Origin: Phycisphaerae bacterium
GTDB lineage: Bacteria > Planctomycetota > Phycisphaerae > UBA1845 > Fen-1342
Assembly: GCA_963675745.2 (NCBI GenBank)
Contig: CAXXWX010000019.1
Span: 256,001-320,000 of the forward strand
DNA: 64,000 nt
Direction of reading: 5' to 3'
Below, piece by piece: positions 49,223 to 58,954 of the stretch. Each line of letters starts with the position of its first letter. Position 1 is the stretch's first letter. The position numbers were made by a program, and so were the translations under genes. The notes beneath the pieces are model-generated. The model made no database searches. It saw only the letters and a list, made by a program, of their open reading frames with translations, and was not told where the DNA came from.

Positions 49223-50038
49223 CTACATTCGACGAGAAACGGTTCTAAAACTTCGCGCCCTTTGTGGGATCATTACCCCCACGAGGGGGCCCGAACCGAG
49301 CCAGTATTGAATATACTCCTGGTCGACGTATTCGACTTCCAGGTCGCGGTTAAGCCGCATCATCCCGCCTCGGTGCGGGCCCCATAGGATATCTCCATCA
49401 GCCCCGGTTCGCGTGATCAGATCGCGGATCGAGTTTCCATGCTGGTACAGATCCTGAAATATCTCGTTGAGAGGTTGCTCATTGTCGCTGTCGCGCTTGA
49501 AGCGCCAGAACATCCGCCCGTCCAGAAACGCAAACCCCTCGCGCAAGTAGCTGCCGCGCGGGCTGGCCTCGCGATTGGGCTGGTTGACCGAGGCCGGCCT
49601 GAGCGTGTAGCGGAAGCGGCCTTCGCCGCGCGGCCATCCGGCCTTGGCGGATGGGCACACGAAGATCGCCTCACTGCCGCCCAGGTACGGCCGCCCGATG
49701 AGATTCGGCAACGAATTGGGCCAGTAGTCCACATTGGGCTGCTCGCCGGGAGCATCGGGGAAGAGCTTGAACGGGTCGCACTTCTCATTGGGGACCGCGT
49801 TGGGATCGGCGCCGAAGACCAGATTGACCATGGGCGACCAGACATATGGCACGCGGCCGTTGTTCTCGTTCATGTACCCCCAGAAACCGGTCGAGACCTG
49901 ACGCATATTCGATGCGCAAATGCACCGCTTGGCCTGGTCGCGCACCGCTTTCAGCGACGGGAGCATGATCGAGATCAGCACGGCAATGATGGCCACCACC
50001 ACCAGCAGCTCAATAAGCGTGAATGCCCGCTTGCGCAT
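49223..50038 (-). CDS. Prepilin-type N-terminal cleavage/methylation protein (DUF1559-like)
   Basis: [29 protein letters not shown]...C.SNMRQ, F.CPS and C-terminal H-X9-DL. GAGGAG SD. Confidence 0.9.
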   Translation of the reverse strand: MRKRAFTLIELLVVVAIIAVLISIMLPSLKAVRDQAKRCICASNMRQVSTGFWGYMNENNGRVPYVWSPMVNLVFGADPNAVPNEKCDPFKLFPDAPGEQPNVDYWPNSLPNLIGRPYLGGSEAIFVCPSAKAGWPRGEGRFRYTLRPASVNQPNREASPRGSYLREGFAFLDGRMFWRFKRDSDNEQPLNEIFQDLYQHGNSIRDLITRTGADGDILWGPHRGGMMRLNRDLEVEYVDQEYIQYWLGSGPLVGVMIPQRARSFRTVSRRM

Positions 50039-50070
50039 GATCAACTCCTCAACGTATCGGCGTGATCTGC

Positions 50071-51438
50071 TTACTTACCGGTAAGAGACGCGACAAAGCT
50101 GTCGATGTCTCCGTTGTTCACATAACCGTCCTCATTCGCGTCGTTCGCGCAGAAGAAGTCACAGGTGAACTGGGCTTCCCACGTCGCCTGGTCGTCGAGC
50201 GCCACGATGAATGCATCGATGTCGCCATTGTTGACGAAGCCGTCGCAGTTGGCGTCGCAGCGCGTCGTGCCGGCACAGGGATCGGTGGCGGCGGCGACGA
50301 ACACCGCGTCATATCCGACGGTGTTGCCGAAGACCGGGTCGGCGCTGTTGCTGAGGCCGAAGCCGGCGGCTTCGAGGTAGATGTAGCTCGTGGCATCCAC
50401 CGGCAGCGCTGCCAGAACGACCGTGTCGAAATAGCCGCCCAGGTCACCGGTGAAGTCGGTCAGCGCCAGGCCGCCGTTGCCCGCCGCCGTGAAGTCGTCG
50501 GTCCCGCTGCTGCTTCCGATAGAGGCAGTTCCGCCGAGCGCGGTGTTAAACGTGTTGCCAACCTGAGACACATCAACCAGCGGCCAAAGAGTGCTTCCAA
50601 GTCCCTCTCCGGTGAGCACCGGGAATGTTCCGCCAACCGGGTCGCGCTGCACGAGCCAACCACGAAATGTGCCCAGAAACTGCATGCTGCCCAGCACGTC
50701 GGGCGACGAGCCGGCGGGGTCAATCGAGTCTTCCCACAGCTCGTAGCCGAGATTGTCGATTTGATAAACGCCGCTCAGCGTGCCGCTGTTGCCCAGGAAC
50801 GGTGTCAGCGTTCCGCTGCGAGTGTCGATGCCGGGGTTGATCGGGCCGTTCTTCGAGCCATCGGGTTGCGTGCCGGCGATGGTGATCAGAATCGTGGCGG
50901 TTTCAGGAGCCTGCCCCGGGCCCCCCTCATTCGTGCCCAGCGTGTCAATGTCAACGAGTGTTACCGTCCCGCCTGACGTGTCGGCGTTGAGCTCAATGAA
51001 GCTGTCCGTGCCGGGGATTTCGACGGGCGTCGCGCCGCCGACCGGCACCAGGCTGCGGGGGGCGTTGGGGTCGCCATCAAGATCGAGCAGTGGTCCGCCC
51101 AGAAACTCAATCCCCATAAGCGGGTTAAAGCTGATGAACGGCACCGATCCACGCCGGTACAGCATGCTGAGCGAGCCGAACTCGTTCGGCTGATACATCA
51201 GGTTCTGCGGCAGGATTCCGTAATATGGCACGGTGGGGCCGACGTCGCTGGTGCCGGCCAGGCGGTCGCCGTCGTAGAAATCGGGGTAGTTTCCGACTCC
51301 GTTGTCGCCGGGCACCGAGCGTGCGACCCCCGGATACAGCAGCGTGTCGACGCCGTTGAGCAGGTAATACTTCTCCGCGCTTGCGCTGGCCGCCAATAGG
51401 CAACCCAGGACGATTGTGAGCAAAGTGTGTTTGATCAT
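50071..51438 (-). CDS. Secreted protein with C-terminal dockerin-like Ca-binding repeat
   Basis: Signal peptide (..ASASA); [16 protein letters not shown] and [16 protein letters not shown]. Confidence 0.8.
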   Translation of the reverse strand: MIKHTLLTIVLGCLLAASASAEKYYLLNGVDTLLYPGVARSVPGDNGVGNYPDFYDGDRLAGTSDVGPTVPYYGILPQNLMYQPNEFGSLSMLYRRGSVPFISFNPLMGIEFLGGPLLDLDGDPNAPRSLVPVGGATPVEIPGTDSFIELNADTSGGTVTLVDIDTLGTNEGGPGQAPETATILITIAGTQPDGSKNGPINPGIDTRSGTLTPFLGNSGTLSGVYQIDNLGYELWEDSIDPAGSSPDVLGSMQFLGTFRGWLVQRDPVGGTFPVLTGEGLGSTLWPLVDVSQVGNTFNTALGGTASIGSSSGTDDFTAAGNGGLALTDFTGDLGGYFDTVVLAALPVDATSYIYLEAAGFGLSNSADPVFGNTVGYDAVFVAAATDPCAGTTRCDANCDGFVNNGDIDAFIVALDDQATWEAQFTCDFFCANDANEDGYVNNGDIDSFVASLTGK

Positions 51439-51548
51439 CTCATCTTTCCCATTGAACGGGGTGTCTTCACGAAAATCAGACTACGCGCATATACAACCGC
51501 TACCGGTCGAGCAAGGCGCTGTCAGCAATTCAGTTATAAGAACGGTGA

Positions 51549-52097
51549 TCAGAAGCGGCGGGGTGGGGCCGGGGGGGCGCGGTCAACCGCGCAGGCGCGT
51601 ATGAGAAGCTGAAAACGTGGCGGCAGCACGGCGCAGGTGAGGCGCTCAATAGCCTGCTGCAAGCTCGCTCGCTGTTGCACGCGACTTGAGCGGGACCACG
51701 CGCGGTTCCCGGGTAACAGGCCGGGCCGCACCTCGGCGAGCAGGTGGACACAGCCACCGGCCAGCACGATCGCCTGCCAGGGCTCAATCGCCAGCGCGTC
51801 GCCATCCGTTACCAGCCGATGGGCCACGCCCGCGTGCAGCAGCAGGCTGATCAGGCAGAAGCTGATCAGCGCTCGACGCTCGCTGGGCAAGCGCAGCCAA
51901 CTGACATCGACCAGCTTCAAAATGAAGAACGCCTGCGTCACCATCAACAGCAGCAGACGCACCAGGTCGAGATCGCTCGGCGAGGTGACGCGCAACAGGG
52001 CGAACAACGCCGGCAAGTGACCCACGAACATCGCGGACCAGAAGACGACCCGCGCGGTACCGCTTCGTGTTCGTCGGTGTTTTCGTAGCACGATCAT
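51549..52097 (-). CDS. 4-TM membrane protein with C-terminal RAPP motif (candidate arrest leader)
   Basis: Four hydrophobic segments, three with His. Ends ...AVDRAPPAPPRRF*; 110 nt upstream of the next co-oriented gene. Confidence 0.65.
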   Translation of the reverse strand: MIVLRKHRRTRSGTARVVFWSAMFVGHLPALFALLRVTSPSDLDLVRLLLLMVTQAFFILKLVDVSWLRLPSERRALISFCLISLLLHAGVAHRLVTDGDALAIEPWQAIVLAGGCVHLLAEVRPGLLPGNRAWSRSSRVQQRASLQQAIERLTCAVLPPRFQLLIRACAVDRAPPAPPRRF

Positions 52098-52247
52098 CGA
52101 CTCAGATACAGACTATTGGCGCAACGCCGCTGTCGCGCGGTGATTATCCTGCGCCATCGGGGTCTCGAACGCAAGTACTATCTGGCGGGAATGTGAGGGG
52201 GTGCAGGCCGACAAGTCGTATCCGGCTCAGTACCGCGTGGTCTGGCA

Positions 52248-52287
52248 CAAAATAAACCCGTCCCCGGCCGCGGGGGCCGGAGACGGG
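52248..52287 (-). terminator. Intrinsic terminator of clpC
   Basis: Minus strand CCCGTCTCCGGCC-N5-GGCCGGGGACGGG followed by TTTATTTT. Confidence 0.8.
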
Positions 52288-52330
52288 CCGATTTCAGATT
52301 CGCAGCACGCGCGCAACCCGCGCGATGCCA

Positions 52331-54856
52331 TCAGGTCGATTCCGCCGACGCGACCGGCTCCGGTTGCGGCTCTTCCTCCGCCGGCTCGTCCAATCCCTCG
52401 AATAGGAATTTCTTCTCAGCGCCAGCGTCGGAGTCCTTGGCAACCGTGATACGGACCACGTTCTTGCCGGCATACTTGCCGCGCAGGATGTCTTCGGAGA
52501 GCGGGTCTTCGATCAGGCTCGAGATGGCCCGGCGCAGCGGACGCGCGCCGAATTTCTCGTCGGTACCCTTCTCCAGCAGCAGTTCGCGCGCGTCGGCGGT
52601 CAGATCCAGTCGCAGTCCGCGTTCCTTGAGGCGCGCATCAACCTTGCTGATCTCCAGCGTGATGATGTTTGTGAGATCGTCATGGTTCAGCTTGTGGAAC
52701 ACGACCACCTCGTCGAGACGGTTGATGAACTCCGGCCGGAAAGCATGCTCAATCTCGGTCGTCAACATCTCCTTCATCTTGGAGTAGTCGATGTCGTCAT
52801 CGCGCTTCATGAAGCCGAACGGATCCTGGCTCATGATCTTGTCCGCCCCGATGTTGCTGGTCATGATCAGAATGGCGTTCTTGAAGTCCACATGGCGCCC
52901 GAACGAATCGGTCAGCCGGCCTTCCTCCATGATCTGGAGCAGCATGTTGAACACATCCGGGTGCGCCTTCTCGATCTCGTCGAGCAGCACCACCGCGTAA
53001 GGACGGCGCCGCACGCGTTCCGTAAGCTGTCCGCCTTCCTCGTAGCCGACGTATCCGGGGGGGGCGCCGATCAGGCGGCTGACATTGTGCTTCTCCATGT
53101 ACTCGGACATGTCCATGGTGATCAGCGCCTCTTCATCGCCGAAGAGGAACTCCGCCAGAGACTTGGCCAGTAGAGTCTTGCCCACACCGCTGGGGCCCAG
53201 GAAGACAAACGAGCCCATCGGGCGATTCGGGTCCTTGAGCCCGCTGCGGCTGCGGCGGACCGAACGCGCGATGGCGCTGATCGCCTCGTTCTGGCTGATG
53301 ACGCGCTTGTGCAGCTCTTCCTCGAGTTGCAGCAGACGCGCGGCCTCTTCCTTCTCGAGACGCGTCAACGGAATTCCGGTCATGCTGCTGACAACTTCGG
53401 CGACGATGTTCTCGTCAACCACCCCGTCAACTTCCTTTGAGCGGTCCTTCCACTTGCGCTCCATCTGCTCTTTCTTCTGGCGCAGCGTCTCGCACTTGTC
53501 GCGCAATTCGGCGGCACGCTCGTAATCCGCATTCTTTACCGCCTCGTCCTTCTCGCCCGCCAGGCGCTGGGCCTCGCGCTCCAGATCCGCCAGGTCCGGC
53601 GGCAGTGTCATGCTCTTGATCCGGATGCGGGCACCGGCCTCGTCAATAATGTCGATGGCCTTGTCCGGAAGCACACGCCCCGTGATGTACCGGTGCGACA
53701 AATGCACGGCGTTTTCGAGAGCCGCTTCGGTGATCTGTACCCGGTGGTGGGCCTCGTAGCGATCGCGCAAGCCGCGCAGAATCTCCAGCGTGTGTTCGGT
53801 CGTCGGCTCATCCACGTGAATCGACTGGAAGCGGCGTGCCAGCGCCGCGTCCTTCTCGATGTACTTGCGGTATTCGTCAAACGTCGTGGCGCCGATGCAT
53901 TGAATCTCGCCGCGTGACAGGGCGGGTTTCAGCACGTTGGAAGCGTCGATGGCGCCCTCGGCTCCGCCGGCCCCGACCAGCGTATGCAGCTCGTCGATAA
54001 ACAGGATCACGTTGCGCGCTCGGCGGACTTCGTTCATAACCGCCTTGATACGCTCCTCAAACTGGCCGCGGTATTTCGTGCCCGCAACCATCATCGCCAG
54101 ATCAAGAATGACGATGCGCCGTTCGTGGAGGATCTCGGGCACCTGATGGTTGATGATCTTCTGGGCCAATCCTTCAACGATCGCGGTTTTGCCGACACCC
54201 GCCTCTCCGAGCAGGACCGGGTTGTTCTTCAGACGCCGACAGAGAATCGTGATGACGCGTTCGATCTCGTTGATGCGTCCGATGACGGGGTCGAGCTTTC
54301 CGCCGCGCGCCAGTTCGGTCAGATCGCGGCCGAAGGAATCGAGGGCGGGGGTTTTGCTCTTGCCTTCCTTCTTACCCTCGGGGGGGCCGCTCATGGTGGC
54401 GGCTTCCTCGGATTCGACGCCGGCGCCGAGCAGATTGAGCACCTCTTCACGGACATCCTCAAGTTTCAGCCCGAGGTTCATCAGGACCTGGGCGGCGACG
54501 CCATCCTGTTCACGCAGCAACCCGAGCAGCACGTGCTCGGTGCCCACGTAGTTGTGGTTCAGATTTCGGGCCTCTTCGATCGCATATTCTATAACCCGTT
54601 TGGCACGCGGGGTTTGCGGCAGTTTCCCCATAGTCACCATTTCGGGACCGCTCTTGACGAGCTTCTCGACTTCGAGGCGGATTTTCCGCAAATCGACGCC
54701 GAGGTTTTTGAGGACGTTCGCCCCGACCCCTGAACCCTCCTTTACCAGCCCCAGGAGGATGTGTTCGGTGCCGATGTACTCGTGGTTGAACCGCTGGGCC
54801 TCCTGGTTGGCCAAGGCCATCACCTTGCGGGCGCGATCCGTAAAGCGTTCGAACAT
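52331..54856 (-). CDS. clpC: ATP-dependent Clp protease ATP-binding subunit ClpC
   Basis: [10 protein letters not shown] double Clp-N domain, GEAGVGKT and GPSGVGKT Walker A motifs, UVR M-domain (YERAAELRD), FGF loop. Confidence 0.96.
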   Translation of the reverse strand: MFERFTDRARKVMALANQEAQRFNHEYIGTEHILLGLVKEGSGVGANVLKNLGVDLRKIRLEVEKLVKSGPEMVTMGKLPQTPRAKRVIEYAIEEARNLNHNYVGTEHVLLGLLREQDGVAAQVLMNLGLKLEDVREEVLNLLGAGVESEEAATMSGPPEGKKEGKSKTPALDSFGRDLTELARGGKLDPVIGRINEIERVITILCRRLKNNPVLLGEAGVGKTAIVEGLAQKIINHQVPEILHERRIVILDLAMMVAGTKYRGQFEERIKAVMNEVRRARNVILFIDELHTLVGAGGAEGAIDASNVLKPALSRGEIQCIGATTFDEYRKYIEKDAALARRFQSIHVDEPTTEHTLEILRGLRDRYEAHHRVQITEAALENAVHLSHRYITGRVLPDKAIDIIDEAGARIRIKSMTLPPDLADLEREAQRLAGEKDEAVKNADYERAAELRDKCETLRQKKEQMERKWKDRSKEVDGVVDENIVAEVVSSMTGIPLTRLEKEEAARLLQLEEELHKRVISQNEAISAIARSVRRSRSGLKDPNRPMGSFVFLGPSGVGKTLLAKSLAEFLFGDEEALITMDMSEYMEKHNVSRLIGAPPGYVGYEEGGQLTERVRRRPYAVVLLDEIEKAHPDVFNMLLQIMEEGRLTDSFGRHVDFKNAILIMTSNIGADKIMSQDPFGFMKRDDDIDYSKMKEMLTTEIEHAFRPEFINRLDEVVVFHKLNHDDLTNIITLEISKVDARLKERGLRLDLTADARELLLEKGTDEKFGARPLRRAISSLIEDPLSEDILRGKYAGKNVVRITVAKDSDAGAEKKFLFEGLDEPAEEEPQPEPVASAEST

Positions 54857-54937
54857 AACAACTTATCTCCTTGAGCGGTTGCGTGCTACGTCGGCGCGGC
54901 ACCGAGTGAGTCACGCCGGAGTGTCCGCAACCTGAAG

Positions 54938-54966
54938 ATTGTAGTCGGCGCTGATCATGCCAGCAA
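54938..54966 (-). promoter_or_regulatory. Sigma70-type promoter for clpC
   Basis: TTGCTG-N17-TACAAT. Confidence 0.55.
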
Positions 54967-55131
54967 GCGCCCGCCTTTGCGTTACCGTTTCTATCGGTCG
55001 TGAGGGCTGCCGGATAAAGGCGGGTGACCGCGGGCGAATTGTGGCGATGACGCGATGAGGCAACGAGGCACAGAGGATGGTGTGCCGGGTTCTGACGGGG
55101 CTTGCGGCCGGTGCGTTGCTCCGGCCGGCGG

Positions 55132-55653
55132 TCAGCGCAACCGCTCGTCACAGATCTCGCGATACAGGCGATGGCGGTCCAATCTGCGCACGCGCTCCCA
55201 TGCCCGGCGCGCGGCTGACGCATCACCAGTTTTGGTAAGTACCTGGGCGAATCGATAGGCCACTAACAAGTCACGCTCGGCCATATCCGCGATCGGTTCC
55301 ATCGCCGCCAGCGCCTCATCCGCCTGGTTATTCGCGAGACACGCACTTACGGCGCGCAGCGTCGCGTCGCGCACTTCGGCCACGGCCTGTTGGCGCGCTT
55401 CGCGCAGACATGATCCCATCCGCAACTGCGCTCCGAGGTAGCTCCCGCCACACAATCCGATTGCCAACCCTTGCAGCCATCCCGGCGCGTCATCGGGAAA
55501 CAGGAGTGTCGCGATGATCGCGTAGTTTGCGGTTACGGCAAACAGCATGCCGACAGCCAGTCCGGTCCACAGGCGTCCGACCAGAATCATCCCGCCGCCC
55601 GGAACGACCAGGTTAAACAGCTTGATGCCGACGTCACGTGCGCTAGGTGCCAT
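55132..55653 (-). CDS. Hypothetical membrane protein with C-terminal TPR-like helices
   Basis: N.VVPG.G motif, 2-3 TM segments and a helical C-terminus. TAATG overlap with the upstream gene. Confidence 0.7.
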   Translation of the reverse strand: MAPSARDVGIKLFNLVVPGGGMILVGRLWTGLAVGMLFAVTANYAIIATLLFPDDAPGWLQGLAIGLCGGSYLGAQLRMGSCLREARQQAVAEVRDATLRAVSACLANNQADEALAAMEPIADMAERDLLVAYRFAQVLTKTGDASAARRAWERVRRLDRHRLYREICDERLR

Positions 55654-56774
55654 TAGTGCCGCTCACCGGTAATAGCGGCCGACTCGACCGCGCTGCGGTA
55701 CAGCTCTTCCAACATGGGCAGCCGCCCCGAGATCGCGTGATGCTGTGCGACGTACGCTGAGGCCGTCTCGAGCACGCCGACGACTTCGCGGCGTCGTTCG
55801 AGCAATCTGGTCAGGTGATAGGCCAGCTCCTGGGCGCTGCCGGGCGTGAACTGCACCGATGTCTGACCTTCGATGTGCCACTCCGCGGTCTGGTCGCGCG
55901 ATGTGACGACGAACACGCCCGAAGCCATCGCAACCAGCGGGCCGACGGCGACAGCGCGTTGCCAGGCCGGCACGACGAGAATATCCGCGGCTTCGACGGC
56001 CAGCTCTCCAAAGCGGGATCCCTCGACGAGCGAGAAACACCCCTCGACACCGTGTTCGCGGATAATCGCCCAGGTGCGCTGCTCTCCCGTGCCACGACCC
56101 ACCAGGGCCACGTGCAAATCGTGGTTTTGCCGGTACAACACACTGATGGCCTCGATGAGCACCGGCAGACCGGTGTGTCGATCCAGCCGCCCGGTCCAGA
56201 CAATAGCGCGCGTGCGACCTTCGGTGGGTGGGCGCGGCTTATCCGGCAGATCAATCGCCGGAAGCAACACATCGACGGCACCCGACATGGCCGGGGCGCG
56301 GCGTGCGATCGCGGACTGCTGCGGCAGGCAACTGGCGAGAATGCGCTCGTTGGGATGCTGCCCGTGTCTGATCACGTTATCCACATCATCACGCGACGTG
56401 ACATAGATGATGAGCGGCAGTCGCGCGAGTCGCGTCCATTTGCTGATGACGCCGAGTCCAGCCGTACCCCACAGGTGAACGACGTCCGGTGGCGGGATAA
56501 AGCGGCCGCTGAGCTGTCTTTCGAGCCGCCAGGCGCGCCAACCGTTCAGGGCGGCGACTCCCTCGACCGGCGCGGCGCCGTCGACCACATCAGCGGCCGA
56601 CCCCTGGTCATCGGACATCACGATCGAGACGACGTCGCGTCCGGGCAGGCCGCGCACCACCGCTCGCAACATGGGGCCAAAGCGCGCCAGGCAGTCGGCG
56701 CCGATGACGTGCAGCACGCGGAGCGTTGCCTCCGCGTTGGGTTCGTTGGATGGTTCGACGACGTTCAGCGCCAT
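55653..56774 (-). CDS. GT4 (GT-B) glycosyltransferase-like protein with degenerate active site
   Basis: LRVLHV, PDVVHLW, GRL...G...LIEA, LVG.G, ADILVVP...AMASG. Start uncertain. Confidence 0.75.
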   Translation of the reverse strand: MALNVVEPSNEPNAEATLRVLHVIGADCLARFGPMLRAVVRGLPGRDVVSIVMSDDQGSAADVVDGAAPVEGVAALNGWRAWRLERQLSGRFIPPPDVVHLWGTAGLGVISKWTRLARLPLIIYVTSRDDVDNVIRHGQHPNERILASCLPQQSAIARRAPAMSGAVDVLLPAIDLPDKPRPPTEGRTRAIVWTGRLDRHTGLPVLIEAISVLYRQNHDLHVALVGRGTGEQRTWAIIREHGVEGCFSLVEGSRFGELAVEAADILVVPAWQRAVAVGPLVAMASGVFVVTSRDQTAEWHIEGQTSVQFTPGSAQELAYHLTRLLERRREVVGVLETASAYVAQHHAISGRLPMLEELYRSAVESAAITGERH

Positions 56775-56854
56775 GACAAGCGGAAGATAGCATGGGGGGC
56801 TGTGAGAAGTAAGCAGTCGCGAGTAAGAAGTAAGCTGGGTGCGCTTGAGACCGG

Positions 56855-57019
56855 CTATGAGTCGCGCTGCTTTGGCCGATCGGTCATGACGCGATAGAAA
56901 CAGAACCCGCTCAGCGCGAGCACGAGTGCGATGGCCGTGACCATTACGATCCAGCCGGCGGTGGTGAGTTTGCCCGTTACCGTTTCGGCCGCTTCCTGGG
57001 CCAGCAACTGCACGCTCAT
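56855..57019 (-). CDS. 54-aa single-TM microprotein, putative NSS transporter small subunit (MetS-like)
   Basis: Not in the track. GGAGG SD and ATGA overlap with the transporter stop. MSVQLLAQEAAETVTGKLTTAGWIVMVTAIALVLALSGFCFYRVMTDRPKQRDS. Confidence 0.75.
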   Translation of the reverse strand: MSVQLLAQEAAETVTGKLTTAGWIVMVTAIALVLALSGFCFYRVMTDRPKQRDS

Positions 57020-58857
57020 GACGGACCTCCCGCGGCACCGATGACGACATCGTGGCGTTTGACATCCGCATCGATGCGCGAGCGGATCGCGATATCGCTC
57101 AGCGCGAAGATGCCGATGAATACCAGCACGAACCCCACAAACACCATCCGGGCCACCATTGCCAGCCGCTCGGCGTTGGCACGGTTGGCGGCGGCGTCCT
57201 CGGCCAATGCAGCCAGCGCGATCTTCAGCACCAACGACGCTTCGTATTCGTCCGCGAGTACCAGGCGGGCGCGCGCCAGCACGTTTTCCTCGGTCTGTTC
57301 CGGATCGTCCTCGACTTCCAGCTCAGGATACGCCTGACGCAGCGGCGCCTCATACGTCAGCAGCTCCGCCCGCTCGCCGGCCATATCCGGACTCATGCCG
57401 ACCACACGCTCCCAGCCGTTTTCCCATACCCACAAGCCAAGAATGACCGCCAGGAACGTCGGCGTGATGAAGCGCAGCATGAACGGCATGAATGCGGGGA
57501 GCTTGAACGATGCGCCGCGGTTGGCTTCTTCAACGCCACGCTTGGCCCCGATGACGAAGCTGAAGATGATGACTTGCCCCAGGGCGGCGAGGATCATCGC
57601 GAAGTTGCACCAGAAATCGGTGAAGTCGAGGGCCTGGGCGTTTTCACTGTAGTACATGATCAGCGCCGCGCCGGCTAGCGTGATCAGCCCGAGCAGGCCC
57701 ACGCTTGCCGTTCGCCGCATGCCAAAGCCGTCTTCGAGAAATGCGATCGCCGGTTGCAGCATGCTGATCGAACTCGTAACTGCGGCGAGGAACAACAAGC
57801 CGAACCACATGGCGCCGAAGAACGAGCCGAGCGGCATGTTGTGCATGATCGATGGAACGGTGAAGAAGCCGATCGCGAAAGTTGACTCGCCCACCGATCC
57901 CGGACCCAGGAACAAGAACGCGGCCGGCACGATAATCATGCCGCCGAGAATCACTTCGCAGAACTCGTTCGTGCTCGAGGCGCTGAGCGAGGTGAGCACG
58001 ACGTCGTCGTCGCGTCGCAGGTAGCTGGAATAACACAGGATCAGGCCGAAGCCGACGCTCAGGCTGAAGAAGATCTGCCCCGCCGCCGCCAGCCAGGTGT
58101 CGGTCTTTTTCAGCGCGGACCAGTCGGGGTTCCACATCGCGCCGAGGCCGCCCTCGATCGTCCGTCCTTCGACGACGTTGTCGAGCGTCAGCACGCGGAT
58201 GAGCACGATGATCGCGCAGAGAATCAACAGTGGCATGGCCATCAGGCAGAACTTCTCAATGCCCTTGGTCACGCCGCGATAAATGATAAAGAAGTTGACC
58301 ACGAAGCAGAACAAAACGAGCCAGAGCATGGCGCCGCCGTACATCGCCCCGTTCTGGCCCATGGCGAACGCATTGACGCCGAACGCCTGCGAAGCCTCGA
58401 CCACGTCTGTGCCGGCCTTCTCCGCACTGCTGAAGATCTGGGCGAAGCCGCCGCTGGCGAATTGCAGGAAGTAGCGCAGGCACAGTGCTTCGAGCAGGAC
58501 GTAGTACATATACACGCCGACGGGCACCAGCAGCGCCAGCGTGCCGACCATTCGGCCGAGTACGTTGTCTGACAAGGCGTGGAAGATGCCCGGGGCGTTG
58601 TTCTGGCCGTGGCGTCCGCCCAGCCGACCGATCGTCCACTCACACCACGCGATCGGTATGCCGACAACCAGAAAGCTGATGATGTACGGAATCATGAATG
58701 CGCCGCCGCCGTTGTTTACGGCGACGCCGGGGAAACGCAGGAAGTTACCCAGCCCGACGGCCGAGCCGGCGACCGCCAGCACGACGCCGATGCGCGACCC
58801 CCATTGCTCGCGACCGACCGCTTCGCCCTGCGTGTTAGTGTTCGGCGCCGTGCTCAT
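57016..58857 (-). CDS. Sodium-dependent transporter, NSS/SLC6 (LeuT-like) family
   Basis: REQWGSR, GSAVGLGNFLRFP, GGGAFMIPY, GIEK, GQIFFSLSVGFG, NEFCEVILGG, FLAAVTSSISM. Confidence 0.93.
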   Translation of the reverse strand: MSTAPNTNTQGEAVGREQWGSRIGVVLAVAGSAVGLGNFLRFPGVAVNNGGGAFMIPYIISFLVVGIPIAWCEWTIGRLGGRHGQNNAPGIFHALSDNVLGRMVGTLALLVPVGVYMYYVLLEALCLRYFLQFASGGFAQIFSSAEKAGTDVVEASQAFGVNAFAMGQNGAMYGGAMLWLVLFCFVVNFFIIYRGVTKGIEKFCLMAMPLLILCAIIVLIRVLTLDNVVEGRTIEGGLGAMWNPDWSALKKTDTWLAAAGQIFFSLSVGFGLILCYSSYLRRDDDVVLTSLSASSTNEFCEVILGGMIIVPAAFLFLGPGSVGESTFAIGFFTVPSIMHNMPLGSFFGAMWFGLLFLAAVTSSISMLQPAIAFLEDGFGMRRTASVGLLGLITLAGAALIMYYSENAQALDFTDFWCNFAMILAALGQVIIFSFVIGAKRGVEEANRGASFKLPAFMPFMLRFITPTFLAVILGLWVWENGWERVVGMSPDMAGERAELLTYEAPLRQAYPELEVEDDPEQTEENVLARARLVLADEYEASLVLKIALAALAEDAAANRANAERLAMVARMVFVGFVLVFIGIFALSDIAIRSRIDADVKRHDVVIGAAGGPS

Positions 58858-58954
58858 GGCGGACTCAATCTCCTCAGCCTGTGCGCCGCACGTCGCAGCG
58901 CATCGCAATACCGCTGTTTGCCAACGTGCGGCAGACCACCGCGTTGCCGCACAT

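Noticed and set aside
54857..55131. CIRCE or CtsR operator upstream of clpC
   Set aside because: Neither TTAGCACTC-N9-GAGTGCTAA nor a GGTCAAA-type direct repeat is visible, and ctsR/mcsA/mcsB are not adjacent.
55653..57071. 472-aa version of the GT4 ORF
   Set aside because: The extension overlaps the NSS transporter end and the better-supported 54-aa microprotein in another frame.
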